Part shown: positions 28,675 to 36,677 of the stretch, piece after piece
How positions within the stretch are numbered: position 1 is the first letter of the stretch
How the letters are laid out: each line of letters begins with the position of its first letter
Virus record (IMG/VR): IMGVR_UViG_3300025121_000282
Location: 248,001-312,000 of that record
Length of the DNA stretch: 64,000 bases
Strand: one strand, 5' to 3'
Made by a program: the position numbers and the translations under genes
The notes under the pieces: generated by a model
Databases searched by the model: none
The model's input: only the letters and a program-made list of their open reading frames with translations
What the model was told of the DNA's origin: nothing

Positions 28675-29975
28675 TTTTGTTTACCAAATGTGGGAGTTCG
28701 CCCTCTTCTCTGCACATTAGGGTCCACCCCAGGGTTGTCGGTTATCATTGGCATTACTTCCCGTGTTTCTGGGTACCTGTCCACAGTATCAGAAACACTC
28801 GCCCTGTATCTAATGTCAGATTCTGGTATTACTGACAAAGAGAACTGTTGCTGAAGAATCATCCCTCTTGCAGAAGGTAATGTTATGCCCCCCACGGTGT
28901 ACCTATCCCCATTTTGTCTAACAATAAAGTCTCTTTGGGATAGTAGCGGTGATGGGCCCATGAACACTTCATACTGATGAGTGGTTACCAAGCCCCTTGG
29001 GTCACGCGTTACAGTTTTCGCCCCATCTGACGGAGCAATTATGATGTTGTACGGGCCGTCATACCCACCTACCCAACCAGTTCCGAGGCATGTCTGGCAA
29101 TCGTTCTCGGCTTGTTTGTGACTAGGATTCCAACACAGGCACCTAGTGCCATAAAATTTTCTTAAAAATACTTTTACTCTTTCTCCGCCTTGGTCTAAGA
29201 TCCATGCATTTCGCTTTACTGCTTCTGACCAAATCCAATCGGTTTCTTCAATTCTGTCTACTGTTAGTACATTACAGTCTTCAAGTCTAGACTCCACTGT
29301 CTCATTAGAATCAAATGGGTCTACAGCAACCGTAGTTACTTTGTAGGTGGTTCTACGAGTAGAAGTAGAAGTAGGTAGAACGGATCGGGTATAACTATAT
29401 GACAACGTACACGTGTCTACACCGATACTTGGTAGTATTGGTTCCACAAACTTACCCGTTTTTATGTTGTGAGACCGTCTTGTGTTCAATTCTATGTCGC
29501 CAGTATAACCAGTAACCCTAGCCACCTTTAGTGGCGTTCCGTTTATTTTAAATATAACATCGTTAGGAGAGTCTGCCAGCGCCCCATTTGTACTAGGTTT
29601 TGTTATTGGCGTGTGTGCTGGCACCAGTATGCACTCGTGGTGCATACTCCAACTGGTCTTAAACCTGTTAGACACATTTTCGTCTACAACGGATACGTCT
29701 ATTGTTTGGTCCCTATAAAACAGGGCGCCAATTGGGTCGTCATTTAGTTTATAGTACTCTCCAGCATCAGACCTGTATATATTTACACCCAGGATAGTGA
29801 ATTTGGAGTTAGCCGTAAACGTAGACGGGTCGTCCCACCTTAGGTCCACCATACCTTTTTGGTACGGTGGTAAGACCATAGCATTTATAGGGGGTATGGG
29901 TAAGGATGGTCTTTGTATTTCAAATGGAGACGGTTTTCTATCTGGTGTTGAAGCCATACTCACACTAAAACACAA
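28671..29975 (-). CDS. Neck/head-closure protein with N-terminal FN3-like domain and CxC...CxxC zinc site
   Basis: VDLRWDDP FN3-like start; GGERVKVFLRK.YGTRCLC...CQTCLGTGWVGGY. Confidence 0.6.
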   Translation of the reverse strand: MCFSVSMASTPDRKPSPFEIQRPSLPIPPINAMVLPPYQKGMVDLRWDDPSTFTANSKFTILGVNIYRSDAGEYYKLNDDPIGALFYRDQTIDVSVVDENVSNRFKTSWSMHHECILVPAHTPITKPSTNGALADSPNDVIFKINGTPLKVARVTGYTGDIELNTRRSHNIKTGKFVEPILPSIGVDTCTLSYSYTRSVLPTSTSTRRTTYKVTTVAVDPFDSNETVESRLEDCNVLTVDRIEETDWIWSEAVKRNAWILDQGGERVKVFLRKFYGTRCLCWNPSHKQAENDCQTCLGTGWVGGYDGPYNIIIAPSDGAKTVTRDPRGLVTTHQYEVFMGPSPLLSQRDFIVRQNGDRYTVGGITLPSARGMILQQQFSLSVIPESDIRYRASVSDTVDRYPETREVMPMITDNPGVDPNVQRRGRTPTFGKQN

Positions 29976-29987
29976 AAATCCTAGTCA

Positions 29988-31082
29988 TTGACAATAGCAC
30001 AGACACCACGAAGTACCATTGTGGAACATAACCAAGAAATCTGTCTGGTAGTCGGTGGGCCGCAGAAGCGATGGCAATGGATTGTCGAGTATCTCTCCAA
30101 AAACACCGGTACTAAAATCAGAGTGTGTGAACAAGGCCGCTTTTCTTTTGGTCGTAAGATCATCAACTCTTATGTACTGGTATTAAAAGATTTAATCGAC
30201 CATAGATTCAAAAACGAGATTATTAAGTGCACTGGAACCGGATGTACACTTGTGTACTCAGACAGAACAAGACCGGGATTAATCAAGGCTTTTGAGATTA
30301 TGGGTATAAGTAGCCTAGGACTTACTAGTACACACTCTAAAGAGGACAAGGTGGACAAGGTGGACAACATTGTGTTTGGTACTGACATAAATGAGTTGGT
30401 GCACGCCATCGCCAGTGGTACGAGTTGGTCACGATTGCACACCAAGCTGGTGCTGGAGTCGAAAGTAAATGTGGAACAAACTCCATTTGTTGAACAAGTC
30501 ACCAAGTGCGCCAAAGCAAACTGTCTAAGTATACCCAAAAACCCGCCCAACAGGTCACAGCCAAAAACGAAGATTGACCCAGAATTCTACCCAAACCTAG
30601 TACCGGAGGTATTACGGATTAAGGCTACCAACTCATGGATAGACACATTTCGCATTTTATACAATTCTGGCGTGCTACACCCCGAATCCACACTGTCTGG
30701 ATTTACACAGGGGATCAGAGCCGCCATTGCTAAAACTCCGGGTACTACTGTTGAGACTACTAGTGCCACTGAGACTGTTGTTCCAGACAGACAGTACTCT
30801 GCCGTCGAGTACGACGAAGTCTTCAGTAAGTGGCACGAGGGGGAAGAGGCCCTCAAAGCTGCAAAAACTGAATTGGAAGAGAAATCAGCAGAGTTGCGCA
30901 CACTGGAGGGCAAATTTGCTGCAGTTTCCATAAACCTTCAGATGATGACTAATAGGCTGAATGTCGCACCCACAGGCACTAAGCACGACCCGATCTTTTT
31001 GAAAATGTTGGTCGCTTTGGAATCGTCTTGCACAGAGAGAGGCCCATTCCATGCTCTGTGCAAGACGATCTTGGAAGATTAG
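29988..31082 (+). CDS. Hypothetical protein with C-terminal coiled coil
   Basis: 364-aa ORF; start uncertain (the track start is the TTG of a TTGACA). Confidence 0.6.
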   Translation: MTIAQTPRSTIVEHNQEICLVVGGPQKRWQWIVEYLSKNTGTKIRVCEQGRFSFGRKIINSYVLVLKDLIDHRFKNEIIKCTGTGCTLVYSDRTRPGLIKAFEIMGISSLGLTSTHSKEDKVDKVDNIVFGTDINELVHAIASGTSWSRLHTKLVLESKVNVEQTPFVEQVTKCAKANCLSIPKNPPNRSQPKTKIDPEFYPNLVPEVLRIKATNSWIDTFRILYNSGVLHPESTLSGFTQGIRAAIAKTPGTTVETTSATETVVPDRQYSAVEYDEVFSKWHEGEEALKAAKTELEEKSAELRTLEGKFAAVSINLQMMTNRLNVAPTGTKHDPIFLKMLVALESSCTERGPFHALCKTILED

Positions 31083-31828
31083 CCCTGCCATCCAGGAGGC
31101 GCGGGTACTGAGGCCGTACTATTTGGAAACGCCTTGGGGAGGGCCCGAACCTCTATAATCGGTACACCCCACGCCTTAAGTCTAGCACGCACTCCGTAGT
31201 ACAAAGAGAATACTTTGCATGGCATTGAGGTTGCCCTTTCGAAGTCTGTCTCCATTGTAACAAACTCCTTTTTGGCCCCGTATGCCGTACTAACTACAGG
31301 CGCTTTTTCCGTTGCTTCGATTGTGGTGCTATCAAATGTTGCACAACACTGAACAGTACCACCAATCGTTGTTTCCTGGTTATAACCTCTTGTGTGTTCA
31401 GAAAACGCATTAGGCCCAGAAGACAGTGTCATGTTTGTTATGAACACGTTGGGCTTGACTTTTTCTTCAAAGATGGCAACCCCAATAACTCCATTATTAG
31501 ACGTGCCCATACCGCTTTGGTTGGTAAAGCTTTCTTCTTCAGAAGAAAATGTGAATGCAGCCACTTCCTGGTTGGTTCTAAGAAACCCAGGTATGTCAAT
31601 GGTCTGCCAGGGCCCAACCACATAACCAAGGCCATCGGGTGAAGCTTCTTTTCCATTCACTACGTTCACACCATCGACAGAGACAACTACAAGTCTTCTT
31701 TTATTGACTTGGTTGCTAATTCTGATCTTATACTCTCCAGATAAAGGAACTTCAGAATAAAGGTTTTTGTTATGCACGATGACAGGTAGTTCTTTGCCAT
31801 CTAAATTGATGCTTATTTTCAAGTCCAT
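31079..31828 (-). CDS. Conserved hypothetical beta-sandwich protein
   Basis: YKIRISN...LVVVSVDGVNV..G...GYVVGPWQTIDIPGF...GVIGVAIFEEK; SD GGAG. Confidence 0.7.
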   Translation of the reverse strand: MDLKISINLDGKELPVIVHNKNLYSEVPLSGEYKIRISNQVNKRRLVVVSVDGVNVVNGKEASPDGLGYVVGPWQTIDIPGFLRTNQEVAAFTFSSEEESFTNQSGMGTSNNGVIGVAIFEEKVKPNVFITNMTLSSGPNAFSEHTRGYNQETTIGGTVQCCATFDSTTIEATEKAPVVSTAYGAKKEFVTMETDFERATSMPCKVFSLYYGVRARLKAWGVPIIEVRALPKAFPNSTASVPAPPGWQG

Positions 31829-31838
31829 CGTAGACTCC

Positions 31839-32036
31839 TCATTTAGCCCAAAGGGCTGGGTTGTACTGTGTACCCCAGAGCGAGGACTCAGTAAGTGTAG
31901 TTGTCAAATTACGCACACGGATTACGTGTATCCAATTTGACACCAGTGTTGTGGGTTGCTGGTTGGTCTCACGTGCGTGGGTTACCAACCAATCAAGGTC
32001 TTCTTGTTCTATTCTTATTGAGAATATTTTCTTCAT
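31839..32036 (-). CDS. Ribbon-helix-helix (CopG/Arc-like) DNA-binding protein
   Basis: ATG at 32036 gives MKKIFSIRIEQEDLDWLVTHARETNQQPTTLVSNWI, a beta-strand + helix + helix pattern. Confidence 0.75.
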   Translation of the reverse strand: MKKIFSIRIEQEDLDWLVTHARETNQQPTTLVSNWIHVIRVRNLTTTLTESSLWGTQYNPALWAK

Positions 32037-32075
32037 GGCGTAATACACTATACAACAACGTATTACGCCACACAA
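32036..32075 (-). promoter_or_regulatory. Sigma70-like promoter overlapped by an 11-bp inverted-repeat operator
   Basis: -35 TTGTGT (32075-32070), 17 nt, -10 TATAGT (32052-32047). Inverted repeat TGGCGTAATAC (32036-32046) / GTATTACGCCA (32060-32070). Confidence 0.7.
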
Positions 32076-32078
32076 GTA

Positions 32079-33170
32079 CTACAGTATGTTTGCAGCCACG
32101 AGTTTTTGCAGTGTTTGTAAACTAACATTTTTGGCAAATACGTACGTATTAGACTTAGAGTTTTTAAATTTCACATAACTATTTGGGTTCTGTCTAATTT
32201 TCTCGAAGTTACCTGTTATTTTTCCATTCTCGTCTAAATGCACCCTGGAGTCTACGCCACTATTTGGGAACATAAATCCACCCAATGGTACTTTGGTCCA
32301 CTGGATTTTGTTTAACTGGTCTTCACTTAGGTTCTTAAGGTATATCTCTGTATCTCCACGTGCGTGTTGTACCCCATCTAGCACCAGACTGATTTCTTTG
32401 TTGGGGTCCTCCGTGACTATAGAGGACATTTTTCTTATAAAAGAACTTATTTTGCGAATCAAACTCCCGATGTGAATTCTGGACGAAGCACTTTCTAAGT
32501 CCTCAATGCTTAAATCGCTGGGGACTATAAGTGCTTGGTCTCTATGGTTGAACACTCTAAACTTAGATGAGTTTTTACTTATGGTGTCCATAACATGCAA
32601 AAATTTACTATTTGGACGGTCTGTTTTCCAGTCTGAAGAGCTTATCAAGTAAAATGTGTGTTTGGTATGGTCCAGCAGTTTCAGCACAGAGTCTATATTG
32701 TTGCTGTGTGTTTCGAGGTGCTCACTGAGTTTGACCTTAATTTCCTTATCTACAGGAAGTAAACTGTCTAAAGTTGCTATGTATGCAAGTACTTTTTGTC
32801 GTTGATTTTTGATCGCCTCGACCACTTCTGGCACATTTGCATACTCAACACCACCATACCGCCATCCGGATGGCTTGAAATGGGCGTTTGAGGGTGCCAG
32901 GACGACAGGTTTGCCATAAGCTATAGTCAGGTAAATCCCCCTAGTCTGCAACTGCAGGGGAGGCACTTCTAAATCGTTTTTGCCACATTCTTTTTGAAAT
33001 GCATCAATTTCGTTGCTGAAATCGGTAGATTTAGAAACAATAAGCCTAAGTTTAGTACTCAATGTCATCATACAGAAAGGTGTCCTTCCATCTTTAACAT
33101 TCGTCAACATTAAAGATGGACCGGTTATGTCACAACAATTTAAGTGACTCCATGGGCTGGTCTGTGGCAA
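32079..33170 (-). CDS. Hypothetical protein
   Basis: 363-aa ORF ending in TAG; true start probably downstream of the track start. Confidence 0.65.
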   Translation of the reverse strand: MPQTSPWSHLNCCDITGPSLMLTNVKDGRTPFCMMTLSTKLRLIVSKSTDFSNEIDAFQKECGKNDLEVPPLQLQTRGIYLTIAYGKPVVLAPSNAHFKPSGWRYGGVEYANVPEVVEAIKNQRQKVLAYIATLDSLLPVDKEIKVKLSEHLETHSNNIDSVLKLLDHTKHTFYLISSSDWKTDRPNSKFLHVMDTISKNSSKFRVFNHRDQALIVPSDLSIEDLESASSRIHIGSLIRKISSFIRKMSSIVTEDPNKEISLVLDGVQHARGDTEIYLKNLSEDQLNKIQWTKVPLGGFMFPNSGVDSRVHLDENGKITGNFEKIRQNPNSYVKFKNSKSNTYVFAKNVSLQTLQKLVAANIL

Positions 33171-33393
33171 AGGCAGTCAATTGATTGTTTAAGTCAGGTT
33201 CGTGCCACAGAACACACTTACCATTGGCGGGGACTGCCGAGATCAAATCTTGTTCTTTCGGCACACCATACACTATCACTGTACCCAGGTGCGGCCCATG
33301 GTTTAGTGCCCAGTGGTCCATAGCATGAAGAAGTTGTGCTGCTCTTTTACCCTCTGACAGGTCTTTTCTTGTCACAAAGTATAGTCTACTCAT
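33130..33393 (-). CDS. Minimal Pth2-like peptidyl-tRNA hydrolase
   Basis: ATG at 33393 overlaps the upstream TGA (ATGA). LYFVTRKDLSEGKRAAQLLHA matches the Pth2 V.R.DL...GK.AAQ..HA motif; also has WHEPDL..QLTAFA. Confidence 0.7.
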   Translation of the reverse strand: MSRLYFVTRKDLSEGKRAAQLLHAMDHWALNHGPHLGTVIVYGVPKEQDLISAVPANGKCVLWHEPDLNNQLTAFATDQPMESLKLL

Positions 33394-34070
33394 AAACCAA
33401 ACCACTTGACGTCAGGACTATTTATTGCAATAAGTTGGTTTTCCAAATTTTCCAAATTTTTGGTTTCGTCTTTGTATTTGGTTTCTCTGTCAAGTCTGTA
33501 GCCTACTATGCCCGCAGACATTGAATTACATTTGTGAATCAATACCACGTCTGAGTATTTATTTAAGGAGTCCTCTAGGGACTGGATTATACGTCTAGAC
33601 TTGTTGATACTCTCTTGGACTAGCCTAGACGCCTCTCCTACAACATTTTCTTTGGAATTTATGGCTGCGGAATTCAGCCATAAACTGATAGCACCCTCAA
33701 GAAGTGTTCTGTAATCTTTGTCTAAACACGTACCAATAAGTTTGGACAAGGACTTAACATTCGGTTTGTCTTCACCGGCCTTAAGTTTAGATTCACACGC
33801 TTTGTATGGGGTATTGTTTAAAAAAGCTAGTGCTAGATGGTGTTCTCGGAGAAGAGAAGAATTGGGAATTCTGGATCTTAAACCGTGAGATTTATTTTTA
33901 GATTTGTCCAACCTACGTTGAAGACGTGCAACCTCTGCAGCTCCATTTGGTTGTTTTAGTTGTTTACGACAACCACGTATAGTGTGTTTCAGAGCGTAGA
34001 TTTCTGTTTTCAGAAGTCTACGCGTGCAGATTTTTTCTTTTAGGGACGACTTGAGTGCTATCTTATCCAT
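33390..34070 (-). CDS. Basic hypothetical protein, first gene of the leader-controlled operon
   Basis: 226 aa, K/R-rich, motif LREHHLALAFLNNTPYKACE; SD AAGGA 8 nt upstream of the ATG. Confidence 0.75.
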   Translation of the reverse strand: MDKIALKSSLKEKICTRRLLKTEIYALKHTIRGCRKQLKQPNGAAEVARLQRRLDKSKNKSHGLRSRIPNSSLLREHHLALAFLNNTPYKACESKLKAGEDKPNVKSLSKLIGTCLDKDYRTLLEGAISLWLNSAAINSKENVVGEASRLVQESINKSRRIIQSLEDSLNKYSDVVLIHKCNSMSAGIVGYRLDRETKYKDETKNLENLENQLIAINSPDVKWFGL

Positions 34071-34139
34071 GGTCCAATTCCTTTTGTTTGATGATTTAGA
34101 AAGAAACGCAACATCTTTTCTAAATCATCAAGGAGGACC
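34071..34139 (-). promoter_or_regulatory. Translational attenuator hairpin able to sequester the SD of 33390..34070
   Basis: Perfect 15-bp stem (34088-34102 / 34117-34131). Outer GGUCC:GGACC and UCCU:AGGA pairings involve the RGPP codons and the SD. Confidence 0.8.
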
Positions 34140-34187
34140 ACGGGCTAGGTGCAGCTACATTTCGGAAGTGGGATAATTGATTCTCAT
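34128..34187 (-). CDS. Leader peptide MRINYPTSEM*(UAG)LHLARGPP* with internal amber codon and C-terminal RGPP
   Basis: Read codon by codon: ATG 34187, TAG 34157-34155, CGT GGT CCT CCT 34142-34131, TGA TGA 34130-34125. Confidence 0.75.
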
Positions 34188-34193
34188 ACTTTT

Positions 34194-34222
34194 AATTTAA
34201 TCACCCCATTGGTCATTGTCAA
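34194..34222 (-). promoter_or_regulatory. Sigma70-type promoter giving a leaderless transcript starting at the leader ATG
   Basis: TTGACA (34222-34217), 17 nt, TAAATT (34199-34194), 6 nt, ATG. Confidence 0.8.
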
Positions 34223-34268
34223 GTAGCTGTTGTTCATCTTTGGTGCGGTCAGCGGGCTGTGGTATAAC

Positions 34269-34997
34269 TCACACCTCTATCAACAATTTTGGGTTGAATT
34301 TTGGGTTTTCTGATTGACGGGCATACCCGAACGGGTTACATACGAACCGGGTCAGCCCTAGCGTTTTATCTGTCGAGTCGTGTGTATGCCCGTAGACCCA
34401 GAGCTTCGGAGTCACCAAAGTACAGTCATCGATTCCTCCGACGAAAAACGCATTAAGTTTGCTACCCTGCCAACGTTCAGTCACCAGATCGTTGTGCGGG
34501 ATCATATGGGTAACAACCACGTCTGTTTCCATGACATTCTTTTGGATCATGTCCACGTCTCGGCGTCCACGTTCATAGACCCACGGTTCGAATTTGCGAA
34601 TAGTTGTGAAATCAGCCATTGAGTCGCGCCCAAACTTCTTGGTGTACTGCTCAGGTTCAGGGAACCAAAGTGTACCACCAATAAATCGCCGCCCACTGAT
34701 AGTTACAGGTTCGTCCCGGAGAAGATAGATGTTCCCAAATTGGGAACACATGGCAGCAATCTCGGCCTCGGCGACTGCAGCCACGGACCCATAGAATTCA
34801 TGATTGCCGAGGGTGTATACTACATTTGCATATTTCTTCGAGAACGTGGTCAGGATCGTCTTCAAAGACCCACCTTGAAGGACGCCCACGTCTCCCGCGA
34901 GAACAGCAATGTCCGCGTCTGCCAAATCAGCAACGAGGCTTTCACCGTGGTCCCGGTGGAATTCTGCGTGGAGATCAGAAACAATCAGCAGTTTCAA
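34269..34997 (-). CDS. Calcineurin-like metallophosphoesterase
   Basis: SDLH, AGD, GNHE, THMIPH, GHTH motifs; TTG start. Confidence 0.92.
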   Translation of the reverse strand: MKLLIVSDLHAEFHRDHGESLVADLADADIAVLAGDVGVLQGGSLKTILTTFSKKYANVVYTLGNHEFYGSVAAVAEAEIAAMCSQFGNIYLLRDEPVTISGRRFIGGTLWFPEPEQYTKKFGRDSMADFTTIRKFEPWVYERGRRDVDMIQKNVMETDVVVTHMIPHNDLVTERWQGSKLNAFFVGGIDDCTLVTPKLWVYGHTHDSTDKTLGLTRFVCNPFGYARQSENPKFNPKLLIEV

Positions 34998-35099
34998 GGG
35001 GTGAATTTCCTTTTTGATTGCAGTACATAACCGGTCCCAATCTTTTTAAGGGAATAACCTATGGCCACTGACTCCAAGGGTATAACTGAGTATTCGGTG

Positions 35100-35276
35100 T
35101 CAGTGTTGATATTTACCCTGCATCAAGAGTGCCACTTTCTGAACAAGCCCTACAACCGTAGGCGCATCTGACTCATTAAAATGTTTAGTAAGTAGTTCTT
35201 CTAGTCTTTTTGCCCCGTCTGGGAGGGACAGCATTTTAACAAGCATGTCCACTTTTTGTTCGTGTGTATAAGTCAT
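35100..35276 (-). CDS. Small hypothetical protein (58 aa, not in the track)
   Basis: MTYTHEQKVDMLVKMLSLPDGAKRLEE...; ATG overlaps the upstream TGA. Confidence 0.55.
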   Translation of the reverse strand: MTYTHEQKVDMLVKMLSLPDGAKRLEELLTKHFNESDAPTVVGLVQKVALLMQGKYQH

Positions 35277-35482
35277 TTGTTGGTGTTAAGCAGTTCTTGC
35301 ATTTGTTGACGAATCTCAGATTTGGCCATCTGCTTTGCAACATAGTGTGTCATATTGGTCGGTACCGCGTCAACAGATAACACTCCTTTGATCATTTTTA
35401 TTGCCCCTGCAATTGCCTGTGCAGAATCCGGGTTGTATTCCCCATCTAAAACCACCAATAGACTTGCTGAGGGGTTGGCCAC
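35273..35482 (-). CDS. Small hypothetical protein
   Basis: GTG start, SD AGGAG, downstream of a promoter. Confidence 0.7.
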   Translation of the reverse strand: MANPSASLLVVLDGEYNPDSAQAIAGAIKMIKGVLSVDAVPTNMTHYVAKQMAKSEIRQQMQELLNTNK

Positions 35483-35517
35483 TGTTGCTGCTCCTAAATT
35501 AGTTGAGAACTTTGTTA

Positions 35518-35546
35518 ATTATACACTGTTAGTCACAAACTGCTAA
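35518..35546 (-). promoter_or_regulatory. Sigma70-like promoter
   Basis: TTAGCA, 17 nt, TATAAT. Confidence 0.6.
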
Positions 35547-35613
35547 AACCTGATTTATTAGATTTAAATCAGTAACATCGTAGTAGGCAGCAACAAACAA
35601 AATGTCACGTAAT

Positions 35614-35886
35614 TTAGACAGAGTCTATAGCACCAAAAAACCGTTTATCTTCGTTTTGTTGCATTTCTGCGGTTACTGCATACCAGCCCCTAATCAGTAC
35701 AACCTCACCTCTGTGAGTTCTCCTGTAGCCACCAGAGAAGATGTGACCGCAGTGGGTGCACTTATTGCCACCCTTATACTCGGAGTTCAGGGTACCGCAC
35801 ACAGAACAGTACACAATTGATAATTGCTCTATGTACTTCCTAAGGGAGGTTTGGTAGTCCTTTAGTTTCTTGCGCCACCGTCTCAT
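35614..35886 (-). CDS. Zinc-ribbon hypothetical protein
   Basis: CSVC...CTHC. Confidence 0.55.
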   Translation of the reverse strand: MRRWRKKLKDYQTSLRKYIEQLSIVYCSVCGTLNSEYKGGNKCTHCGHIFSGGYRRTHRGEVVLIRGWYAVTAEMQQNEDKRFFGAIDSV

Positions 35887-35909
35887 TTAACCCTCAGTGC
35901 GAAAATTCT

Positions 35910-36281
35910 TTACGTGGATGCGGACTTAATTTTGGTAGCTTCGATAAAGTCTATTTCTGTTCTCTCTATTCGTATAACTGGCACGCGCTGCTCTATTAGT
36001 TTGCCTACTGTGTAGGGGTCATACGGGACCAATGAAACAGCCTTACCAGCGTTGTCAAATTCTACTACAACATTTAGTCCACCAAATGTTGGATTTAGCC
36101 ACACTTCAGATTCGTATAAATGGTCGTACACGAAAAAGTGACTCGCATTGTGGATAGTAAGTGGCCTGTCCGATTTTGCACCCTTGGTTTGGACTAGAAC
36201 GTGTGCTGTTCTACCTTTCTTACTGCCACAATGCTCACATTTACCAAAATTTTTGGAAGTGAGAAGCTTGTGATCCGTCAT
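35910..36281 (-). CDS. Hypothetical protein
   Basis: 123 aa, ATGA-coupled to the upstream gene. Confidence 0.6.
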   Translation of the reverse strand: MTDHKLLTSKNFGKCEHCGSKKGRTAHVLVQTKGAKSDRPLTIHNASHFFVYDHLYESEVWLNPTFGGLNVVVEFDNAGKAVSLVPYDPYTVGKLIEQRVPVIRIERTEIDFIEATKIKSAST

Positions 36282-36586
36282 ATAATAATCCTTACGGTAA
36301 TGTCCGACTTAGCCAGCGGGTGTATTGGGTTTTTGGTAGGCACTATCACCGTGTCATTTAGCCATAAGATGGCTTCTGCGTGGCTTAAGTGTTGAGTTTC
36401 TGATGTTTTGTCAACTAAAGTCCAGAACTCTTCTTCTGGTATAACTATTTCTTCTAGTAGGCCGCAATACCCAGCAAAATTCATCCTGGTTTGCATAGCC
36501 CAAGCCAAACTAAAATAAAGTTTAGTTTTACCCTCAACTGTGAGCATGCGCTCACAAAGGGTGTCTATCTTTTGCATGTGTGTCAT
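36278..36586 (-). CDS. Hypothetical protein
   Basis: 102 aa; its SD (AAAGGA) directly follows the tRNA 3' end. Confidence 0.6.
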   Translation of the reverse strand: MTHMQKIDTLCERMLTVEGKTKLYFSLAWAMQTRMNFAGYCGLLEEIVIPEEEFWTLVDKTSETQHLSHAEAILWLNDTVIVPTKNPIHPLAKSDITVRIII

Positions 36587-36601
36587 ACATAGTCCTTTCG
36601 G

Positions 36602-36674
36602 TGCTCGCCCAGGGACTCGAACCCTGACCTGATCGATTTAGAGTCGACCCGCCTTGACATTTGGCCACACGAGC
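36602..36674 (-). tRNA. tRNA with CUA anticodon (amber suppressor type)
   Basis: GCTCGTG TG GCC AAATGTCAA GGC G GGTCGA CTCTAAA TCGATC AGGT CAGGG TTCGAGT CCCTG GGCGAGC A. Cloverleaf with a canonical T-arm and a C32 U33 CUA A37 A38 loop. Atypical points: G7.G66 mismatch, no D-loop GG, CCA not encoded (CCG). Confidence 0.85.
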
Positions 36675-36677
36675 GTG

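Noticed and set aside
36602-36674. tRNA-Pyl / pyrrolysine system
   Set aside because: It has the CUA anticodon and a possible 6-bp anticodon stem, but also a canonical TTCGA T-loop, 2 nt between acceptor and D stems and a 4-nt variable loop; no pyl genes are in the window.
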